A program made the translations under genes and the position numbers. The notes below the pieces were generated by a model. The model was not told the DNA's origin and searched no databases. It saw nothing but the letters and a program-made list of their open reading frames with translations. 64,000 nucleotides of DNA from an uncultured virus (IMG/VR IMGVR_UViG_3300029448_000016). Lineage: Duplodnaviria; Heunggongvirae; Uroviricota; Caudoviricetes. Location of the stretch: IMG/VR virus record IMGVR_UViG_3300029448_000016. The stretch is one strand, 5' to 3'. This document shows positions 57,687 through 64,000 of the stretch, in pieces (the stretch's first letter is position 1; every line of letters begins with the position of its first letter).

Positions 57687-57761
57687 CTATTTGCTAGCCT
57701 TTTTGATAATCTTATTTGTTTTCTTTTTCCAACTGCGTTCCAATGGTTTATCGTAGCTCAT
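57687..57761 (-). CDS. Basic micropeptide (24 aa)
   Basis: Hand-translated MSYDKPLERSWKKKTNKIIKKASK; ATGA coupled. Confidence 0.4.
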   Translation of the reverse strand: MSYDKPLERSWKKKTNKIIKKASK

Positions 57762-57874
57762 TGGTGACACCCGCAGCAAGGTGCGTCTTCACACCCGCAG
57801 AGAACAATGTAGTCCCCTGCTTCACTTATACCAGAGATGACCATGTCATCTAAAATATCCAAGATGCTCTTCAT
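57758..57874 (-). CDS. Cys-rich micro-protein with CEDAPCCGC motif (38 aa)
   Basis: Hand-translated; ATGA coupled at both ends. Confidence 0.6.
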   Translation of the reverse strand: MKSILDILDDMVISGISEAGDYIVLCGCEDAPCCGCHQ

Positions 57875-58071
57875 TCCCACACCCTCACGTTATTGTGGTG
57901 GTCTGTCAAGGGAATGTTAGCTGGGTCTTCCTTGCGTGGGTCGTCTGTTAGTCCCATGTCAATTGCTTTTAGCTGGTCTAGTAAACCAGAGTCAACTAAG
58001 TTTTTGGTTTGGGTTCTTCGGGCGGCTTTGCGGAAACGGAAGTCGTTTCTCATGTCCTGTATTTTACTCAT
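57871..58071 (-). CDS. Hypothetical protein (leaderless)
   Basis: Track ORF; promoter at 58091-58104. Confidence 0.65.
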   Translation of the reverse strand: MSKIQDMRNDFRFRKAARRTQTKNLVDSGLLDQLKAIDMGLTDDPRKEDPANIPLTDHHNNVRVWE

Positions 58072-58107
58072 ATTATACCATTGAGTGTCCCTATATAAGG
58101 GTTTCTC

Positions 58108-58218
58108 TCAGTCCCCCGTCCAGAAGGTCGCAAACATTTCTGTATCGCAATCCTCACACAGTCCACCGAATAATTCGATATCTTCCAAGCCACAGTCCTG
58201 ACACGTTTGATTAGTCAT
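58108..58218 (-). CDS. Zn-finger micro-protein MTNQTCQDCG...LCEDCD (36 aa)
   Basis: Hand-translated; leaderless behind repeat copy 2. Confidence 0.65.
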   Translation of the reverse strand: MTNQTCQDCGLEDIELFGGLCEDCDTEMFATFWTGD

Positions 58219-58238
58219 ACAATACCAAGAACACTACC

Positions 58239-58270
58239 CTATATAAAGGTTTTTTCACTTGAGTGGAAAA
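58239..58270 (-). promoter_or_regulatory. Palindrome + BRE-TATA promoter repeat, copy 2
   Basis: TTTTCCACTCAAGTGAAAAAACCTTTATATAG. Confidence 0.85.
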
Positions 58271-58520
58271 GCTGGCGCCCCTCCTAAGAGGGGGTAACCT
58301 GCGCCCAGCTGTCCTACCTCAATGGGCTGGCTCACTGGGCTGAAGATGCGTCGCTACGTTTAACGCTCGGGCGGACTTATGCCGTAGGCCCTTCGCCATC
58401 TCTTGTCAGGCGTCTTCTCTTGTCTTTACCAGTTTATTAGACTGTTGTCCTCTCACCGCTTCCAAACGGGGCGCCTACTCCTTGGGCCACCTATTTACAG
58501 AGAGCAAAGACTCATGGAAC
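58271..58520 (-). ncRNA. Candidate GC-rich structured RNA (cassette 1 trailer)
   Basis: Much higher GC than the flanks; no ORF of 60 aa or more; several helices. Confidence 0.4.
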
Positions 58521-58679
58521 TTAACCCCAGTATCCCGACGCTACACAGAACTTGTGCGTGTTGAATCTTGGGTTGTGTTTTACCATTTCACCAGACATAG
58601 CGAGTATTAGGTCCTCGCTTGCGTCATTGTCTTTTAGTATTTTTGCGATTGCTTCAAAGTGTTTTCTTGTCATAGTCAT
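58521..58679 (-). CDS. Conserved small phage protein (MTRKHF..IA...NPRF type, 52 aa)
   Basis: Hand-translated; promoter at 58699-58711. Confidence 0.7.
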   Translation of the reverse strand: MTMTRKHFEAIAKILKDNDASEDLILAMSGEMVKHNPRFNTHKFCVASGYWG

Positions 58680-58709
58680 AATATACCATAGAGTGTGCCT
58701 ATATAAGGT

Positions 58710-58856
58710 TTACGCTCTTCTCCTCCAGCGCAACATTCTCAGCAACATGCCCTGAGTTTTTATAGGTTGTTTATAAAATTCCTCAAATGTTTGTTTGCCG
58801 CCTAATTCGACGTAGTCGTGCCAGTTGTGGATTGTTTGTATTTCGTATTTGTCCAT
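58710..58856 (-). CDS. Hypothetical protein (48 aa, leaderless)
   Basis: Start moved to 58856 because the longer track start lies inside the promoter repeat. Confidence 0.6.
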   Translation of the reverse strand: MDKYEIQTIHNWHDYVELGGKQTFEEFYKQPIKTQGMLLRMLRWRRRA

Positions 58857-58875
58857 ATTATACCAACGGGTGTGC

Positions 58876-58907
58876 CTATATAAAGGTTTTTTCACACGAG
58901 TGGAAAA
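58876..58907 (-). promoter_or_regulatory. Palindrome + BRE-TATA promoter repeat, copy 1
   Basis: TTTTCCACTCGTGTGAAAAAACCTTTATATAG. Confidence 0.85.
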
Positions 58908-58910
58908 GTC

Positions 58911-59075
58911 CTACTTGAGCTGGCTTCTTTTGAAACCAGCCCACACGTGACCCTTATCCCAAATGTATTTACTACCACCTGTAGCAGGGTCATAGACTAA
59001 CCAATAGTTATTACCTCTGGCGTCTGTTCCTTTATTGATTATTTTATATCCGTCTTTGGTGTTTCTTTTTCTCAT
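58911..59075 (-). CDS. Small hypothetical protein (54 aa, leaderless)
   Basis: Hand-translated MRKRNTKDGYKIINKG...; promoter at 59096-59110. Confidence 0.65.
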   Translation of the reverse strand: MRKRNTKDGYKIINKGTDARGNNYWLVYDPATGGSKYIWDKGHVWAGFKRSQLK

Positions 59076-59104
59076 GAATTACCAATAGGGAATCCCTATA
59101 TAAA

Positions 59105-59174
59105 GCTTTCTCACCTAAGCGCTTTCTCACCTAGGCTGCTTTCTCACCCCACGCGGGTTTCTCACCCACGCAGG
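59105..59174. repeat. Four direct TTTCTCACC repeats, 16-18 bp period
   Basis: Copies start near 59107, 59123, 59140 and 59158. Confidence 0.8.
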
Positions 59175-59207
59175 TTAAAATCCCTCGTTTTGAGGGCCAT
59201 TAGGCAT

Positions 59208-59339
59208 TTATCTAAGTCTGATAAGACTATTTCTTAATGCTTTTGCATATGTTGATTTTGGTAAATTGATTTTACAATCTTCGTTTTGAAGTTTATATTT
59301 CAATGCACTAATCACGGCTATTGATGTTTTGTTATCCAT
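59208..59339 (-). CDS. Small hypothetical protein (43 aa)
   Basis: Hand-translated; GGAGGT SD. Confidence 0.5.
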   Translation of the reverse strand: MDNKTSIAVISALKYKLQNEDCKINLPKSTYAKALRNSLIRLR

Positions 59340-59549
59340 TTTAGTTACCTCCATGTTTGGGTTTGGGCTGAGAGAGCCGGAGCTCTCCCATACCCCCTAA
59401 CACGGCCTTTATTGTTGGTCGTGTATTTGGTCTATGATGTTATGTAATATGTCTAACATATAACCATAAGTTATCACATCATTGTGTCCATATCGATTCT
59501 TATTCATTTGGTCGATATCATACTTATTTAATTCTATTTCGAATTTCAC

Positions 59550-59792
59550 TTATTCACCTCCTTTTGTATTGATTCCTTCGTTTTTACCTGTCTCGAATTC
59601 TTTAACGATTGTTTGTAATCGCTCGATTACATGACGGCCGTATTTATTCAAATCATGACCCTTCATGCCGGCAGTATCTGAGAGATACATTAGTTGCCCC
59701 ATTAAATGGTGTAATGCGTTGGATTCATGATAGTTCGACCTATTCATGTCAGTTGTTGCGTATGCCCTTTTCATATATGTTTTTACGTTCAT
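59550..59792 (-). CDS. Hypothetical protein
   Basis: Track ORF. Confidence 0.6.
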   Translation of the reverse strand: MNVKTYMKRAYATTDMNRSNYHESNALHHLMGQLMYLSDTAGMKGHDLNKYGRHVIERLQTIVKEFETGKNEGINTKGGE

Positions 59793-59861
59793 ATTTTTTT
59801 TCCTATATCAGTATTTGATATTTAGTGCCCTAGCTCCGGAGAGCTAAGGTCACCTATCAGT

Positions 59862-60197
59862 TTACTTATTACCCCCGTAAGTATAACCTTTGTTACCTAT
59901 ACCGGCCATGCCTTGAAACTTTGGTTCTTTACCGTATTTCTTGACATGGTCCCAAACTAAGTTTGCTTCATGTGCTAAGCCCTCAAAAACATTATCAAAT
60001 TCAGCCATAACAATTAGGCTGATATCTTGACCCTTTTTAGGTCGGTGCTTAGATAGACGGCTTTGAGGGTCTGAGGTGATACCGTAATACACAGCTTCCT
60101 TAGTTGCCTCGCTACCGAAATCAGCATCTAGAAAATGATAGGATGTCTTTTCTTGCTGTTGGGCTAATCGATACACAAAATACTTTTGATTATTCAT
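59862..60197 (-). CDS. GIY-YIG nuclease-like protein
   Basis: FVYRL...YYGITSDPQSRLSKH...E. Confidence 0.7.
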   Translation of the reverse strand: MNNQKYFVYRLAQQQEKTSYHFLDADFGSEATKEAVYYGITSDPQSRLSKHRPKKGQDISLIVMAEFDNVFEGLAHEANLVWDHVKKYGKEPKFQGMAGIGNKGYTYGGNK

Positions 60198-60375
60198 TGA
60201 ACTCCATGTAACAATCGAAACACATTTCTACGTTATGGCTCTCATGTGTAGCCTCAACTTTATCAGTGAACAACTCAAAACAAGGCTCACAAAATATCTC
60301 TATATCACTATTAGGTAGTGACTCCTCAAATCCTATTTGGATTAACTCGCTATCGGACAAATGGTTTTTTACCAT
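60190..60375 (-). CDS. Small Zn-finger protein (CEPC...CFDC)
   Basis: Track ORF; TATA box near 60397-60404. Confidence 0.6.
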   Translation of the reverse strand: MVKNHLSDSELIQIGFEESLPNSDIEIFCEPCFELFTDKVEATHESHNVEMCFDCYMEFNE

Positions 60376-60685
60376 ATACTCAGAATAGCAACCTACTTAT
60401 AAAGATTTTAGGTCAATCCGTGCTTAGCGTTTCACTTCCTAGCTACAAAATAGATACCGTTTTATGTTTATTTTTTCTCAGTTTCTCATTAAGTATATTC
60501 TCAGTTTGTCAGCATGTGCCCCCGTCTAAAAAGAAAGGCCGCATCCTCTATTATCGTCGACTACCCCTAAAAACAAATCGAGTGAAATTTTGAAAGTCAT
60601 TATATAGCTCTATATAGGTATAGTAGATAAGCTACTACTAACAACAATAATGAGCTCTATAAAGCACTCCTCAGTTCAGGGACAG

Positions 60686-60699
60686 AAAGCCTTATATAC
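60686..60699 (+). promoter_or_regulatory. BRE-TATA promoter of the modification operon
   Basis: AAAGCCTTATATAC. Confidence 0.55.
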
Positions 60700-60742
60700 T
60701 GTCAAAGGTTAAAATTATTACCAAAAGGAGAAACTAACTTCA

Positions 60743-61237
60743 ATGACAACAAAAACGCAAAATTCCATTAAGTGGATATGTAATGAAATCAGGGATTTGC
60801 TATTAGCCAAGAACAAAGCATATGGCGATAGTGCATTAGAACCTGACAACATTTTTAGTAAGCTCGACTCAGCACAGGCTATCTGTGCACGAATCGACGA
60901 CAAGCTCAGCAGGATAAAGAATGTAGGGCTTGATGACAAAACAGAGGACACCCTTGATGACCTCATAGGATATTTAATCTTACTCAAAATCGCGAGGAGC
61001 AATGCGACAGCAAGAGCGACAGTATTCACTACGTGTAATTGCGAACATGGGTGGCATAATTGTACATGCAAAGTAGAGCTTAATACTAATGGTGATGGTA
61101 CCTTTGCTGACTATAGCGAAGGTTACGCTCCCCCGTGGAGCCATGAGGTACCTAGGGATGTTAGGGTGTTCGTTAGTGACCCCGGAGATGAGATGACTTC
61201 AATAAAAAAGAAGTCGGAGATGTGCGATAATGACTGA
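60743..61237 (+). CDS. Nucleotide-modification-associated domain protein (DUF1599/Nmad1-like)
   Basis: LLLAKNKAYGDS...RIDDKLSRI...EDTLDDLIGY. Confidence 0.75.
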   Translation: MTTKTQNSIKWICNEIRDLLLAKNKAYGDSALEPDNIFSKLDSAQAICARIDDKLSRIKNVGLDDKTEDTLDDLIGYLILLKIARSNATARATVFTTCNCEHGWHNCTCKVELNTNGDGTFADYSEGYAPPWSHEVPRDVRVFVSDPGDEMTSIKKKSEMCDND

Positions 61238-61402
61238 TGGTAAGAAATGGAGAACTCGTGTTGAGAAGAAGATTGAGAAACTCGAAGCTAAGCTTGCAGA
61301 GTTACACGCTCGCAAATTAGAGCTTAGTATCAAGTTAAAGAAATGGAAAGGTAGATTATTATGAGTGAAGTAAAAAGAGCAGTGACAAGTAGAGCTTAAT
61401 AC

Positions 61403-62407
61403 ATGAAGAAGACAATTTTAATAACCGGAGTAGCAGGATTGCTAGGCTCCCGATTAGCTGATTGGCTGATAGAGAATACAGAGCACGATGTAATAGGCGT
61501 TGATGACCTTAGTGGTGGATACTTAGAAAACGTTAACCACTTCGTTGACTTCTATAGCTTTGATTTAAAAGAATTAAAGTACGTGGATAATATGTTTGAA
61601 GAGAATAAGATAGATATTGTTTATCACATGGCTGCTTACGCAGCAGAAGGCCTTAGTCCGTTTATGAGGAAACATAACTATGAGAATAACTTGATAGCAT
61701 CTACTAATCTAATTACAAATAGTATTAAACATAATGTAGAACGCTTTGTGTTTACTTCTTCGATGGCTGTGTATGGAGATAAACATACTCCACCATTCCA
61801 CGAAGATTTACTACCCTCCCCGATTGACCCTTATGGTATAGCTAAACTCGCTGTAGAACAAGACTTAGAAGTAGCTCGCCGTCAACACGGCCTAAATTAT
61901 ACAGTGGTTCGGCCACATAACTTTTATGGACGAAACCAAAATATCTGGGACAGATATAGGAACGTACTAGGGATATGGATGTATCAGATTATGAATAACA
62001 TACCTCCTACAATATTTGGTGATGGTAAGCAAAAGAGAGCGTTTAGTTATATAGATGATGCTCTTGAACCACTTTGGAAAGCATCACAATCAGATGAGTG
62101 TATAGGAGAAACAATCAACCTAGGTGGTGTCAAAGAATACACTATCAATGAAGCTTGTAATATTTTATTAGAGGTAACAGGAACAGATTTAAAACCAGTA
62201 CACCTAGAACCACGGCATGAAACTAAATATGCGTGGTCTACATGGGACAAGTCAGTAGAACTATTAGATTTCAAACACAATATAGATTTAGAAGAAGGTT
62301 TAACTAAGATGTGGGAATGGGCACAGAATGCACCAGAACATAAAAGAAAAGAATGGAAGAACTTTGAATTAGATAAAGACATATATAACTTCTGGGAGAA
62401 ACAATGA
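61403..62407 (+). CDS. NAD-dependent NDP-sugar epimerase/dehydratase
   Basis: ITGVAGLLG, SSMAVYG, YGIAK and RPHNFYG. Confidence 0.93.
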   Translation: MKKTILITGVAGLLGSRLADWLIENTEHDVIGVDDLSGGYLENVNHFVDFYSFDLKELKYVDNMFEENKIDIVYHMAAYAAEGLSPFMRKHNYENNLIASTNLITNSIKHNVERFVFTSSMAVYGDKHTPPFHEDLLPSPIDPYGIAKLAVEQDLEVARRQHGLNYTVVRPHNFYGRNQNIWDRYRNVLGIWMYQIMNNIPPTIFGDGKQKRAFSYIDDALEPLWKASQSDECIGETINLGGVKEYTINEACNILLEVTGTDLKPVHLEPRHETKYAWSTWDKSVELLDFKHNIDLEEGLTKMWEWAQNAPEHKRKEWKNFELDKDIYNFWEKQ

Positions 62408-62955
62408 AAGTACCACCTAGTACCGTAGACCACAACCCTACAGATGGTAATACACCATTTCTTTGGACACACCCTCGTAATCACGAGTTTATTAGTCTTA
62501 TACCTAGAAGCCCATACTTCATTAAGATAGCTACAATAATACGTAGTACTCCAGACCACGAATGGACAATAGACCAATGTGTAGAGAATGCACATTCTAT
62601 ATCAGAACAAGTAATAGTACTAGATGACACACCACATAACGAAGGTATAAAACATATCGAAAAAGATATAAAGTGGGTATTGTTCTTAGATGGAGATGAA
62701 GTTATAGACACAGAACTGTTTGGTAACTTTTTAAATGACCCAGAGACTTACAACTACGCTATGTATCAATTCGCTAGTGTAGGTTCTGTTTTGATAAGAA
62801 AAGAATTTGCTAACATGAATACCTCTATATCATCAATAGATGATTGTAGATATCAATTACATTTGTGTAGGTATTGTTCTAACTTCCAATCAAAGAGTGG
62901 ACACCTCTATGAAGTGCAATACAACGATGAACCAATGATAAGGAGAATAAAATGA
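62404..62955 (+). CDS. GT2-like glycosyltransferase domain protein
   Basis: VIVLDD and WVLFLDGDE. Confidence 0.6.
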   Translation: MKVPPSTVDHNPTDGNTPFLWTHPRNHEFISLIPRSPYFIKIATIIRSTPDHEWTIDQCVENAHSISEQVIVLDDTPHNEGIKHIEKDIKWVLFLDGDEVIDTELFGNFLNDPETYNYAMYQFASVGSVLIRKEFANMNTSISSIDDCRYQLHLCRYCSNFQSKSGHLYEVQYNDEPMIRRIK

Positions 62956-63845
62956 AAGAAGACCCAGCAATAGAACATGAGAATGTACACACCTATTATG
63001 ATAATAAAAGGAGTGCAGAGAATAAAATACCTGTATTAGGAACTTTAGTAGTACGACAACCTAAATGGGTAAGACAACAAATAGAAAGCGTAGACTTTCC
63101 AGTAAAGAACTATATTATATTTAATAATAATGGTAAAGGAGAAATAACAGAAGAGCTAGATAAATTAGTTACCGAACACCAAGATAATAAATTTATAGAT
63201 AATCTTCAAGTATGTCACCTTCCATGCAACATAGGTATAGCAGGTGGATGGAACCTAATAATCAAATCATTTATGATGGAACCATATTGGTTGATTGCTA
63301 ATGATGATGTTTCTTTTGGTAGTGGATTCCTCGCAGAGATGTGCGATAAAGCTAAAGACCAAGAAGTTGGAATGATTCATGGGTTTGAAGGTGACTTTAC
63401 AGGAATAGGTAGTTGGAATGTATTTTTATTAAAGGACTGGGTAGTACAACAAATAGGATTGTTTGATGAAAACTTTTACCCAGCTTATTGTGAAGATAGT
63501 GATTATATAATGCGTATCTTTTTGAGAGAACGTAACATAGGTGGTTCCCCTATAAAACGTATCATGTCTTTAGATAGCACCTACTACCATGGTGGTGGTG
63601 ATTCTAAACAAGACAAAGATGAATACTACGAATATGGTATGCAGACTAGTCAAGGAGATGATGAGATTAGAAGAAAGTTAGAATTCTCTAATGTTATAAA
63701 TTTCGAATACATGGAACAGAAATGGGGGCCATGGTGGAGAACTTGTTGGCCATGGGGTAATGGTCCATTTGACAATAAAGATTTACCTTTGTCCCACACA
63801 ACATACGATTTACAATTTGTAAGAAAAAAGAATACGGGGTTTTAA
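62952..63845 (+). CDS. GT2-family glycosyltransferase
   Basis: NIGIAGGWN, IANDD and GLFDENFYPAYCEDSDY. Confidence 0.88.
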   Translation: MKEDPAIEHENVHTYYDNKRSAENKIPVLGTLVVRQPKWVRQQIESVDFPVKNYIIFNNNGKGEITEELDKLVTEHQDNKFIDNLQVCHLPCNIGIAGGWNLIIKSFMMEPYWLIANDDVSFGSGFLAEMCDKAKDQEVGMIHGFEGDFTGIGSWNVFLLKDWVVQQIGLFDENFYPAYCEDSDYIMRIFLRERNIGGSPIKRIMSLDSTYYHGGGDSKQDKDEYYEYGMQTSQGDDEIRRKLEFSNVINFEYMEQKWGPWWRTCWPWGNGPFDNKDLPLSHTTYDLQFVRKKNTGF

Positions 63846-63846
63846 G

Positions 63847-64000
63847 ATGACAATAAAAATGCAAGATTTATGTACAACATCAATAGTTAAAGACGCAGGT
63901 AAAGAAGGAGCACTCACAGCACTCATTATAGATGCTGAACTTACAAATGGTTTAGGATTAATGAATCCTACAATATTAAAAGATAATAACGATTGGATAA
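63847..64000 (+). CDS. Hypothetical ORF, probably short or 3'-truncated
   Basis: ATG right after the upstream stop; at the window edge. Confidence 0.35.
   Translation, partial: MTIKMQDLCTTSIVKDAGKEGALTALIIDAELTNGLGLMNPTILKDNNDWI

Noticed and set aside
58370..58378. AAGTCCGCC as RNase P conserved region I
   Set aside because: The upstream GAGGA is missing and no matching CR-V partner was found.
55961..58907. CRISPR array interpretation of the 32-bp repeats
   Set aside because: The intervals are 600-900 bp and contain genes, the repeat includes a TATA box, and no cas genes are in the window.
59105..59174. Mini-CRISPR
   Set aside because: The repeat is only about 9-11 bp with 5-9 bp spacers.
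1..64000. Prophage context, diversity-generating retroelement or alternative genetic code
   Set aside because: No integrase, host flank or reverse transcriptase was recognised, and long genes read through with the standard code.

Overview
This window is most of the genome of a tailed archaeal virus (Caudoviricetes, siphovirus-type). It is most likely a magrovirus-like virus of marine Euryarchaeota (Marine Group II / Ca. Poseidoniales). The host assignment is inferred from gene content and archaeal BRE-TATA promoters, not from a database search. 1-32 kb (+ strand): basic and Cys-rich micro-ORFs, terminase, portal, protease-scaffold, HK97-type capsid, two paralogous fibre proteins, a collagen-like fibre, neck proteins, two tail-tube paralogues, a tail chaperone pair joined by a -1 slippery site, tape measure and tail-tip proteins. 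32-55 kb (- strand): class II RNR, archaeo-eukaryotic primase, glycosyltransferase, Sm-like protein, HNH nuclease, PolB, MazG, aIF-1A, AAA+ helicase, Hsp20, AbrB and WYL proteins, phytoene synthase, resolvase, UV-dimer glycosylase, and a VWA + MoxR pair. 55.4-60.7 kb: an unusual, probably early region built from four repeated cassettes. Each cassette is a conserved palindrome fused to a promoter, a leaderless gene, a second promoter, a second unit and a structured non-coding stretch. One second promoter drives a candidate ~410-nt ncRNA. 60.7-64 kb (+ strand): a sugar/nucleotide-modification cluster. Other signals: a CCA-ending cloverleaf near 50.8 kb, strand-biased CTGAG enrichment at 52-56 kb, and duplicated metallothionein-like micropeptides. 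All product calls come from motif recognition by eye, and all RNA structures were folded by hand.
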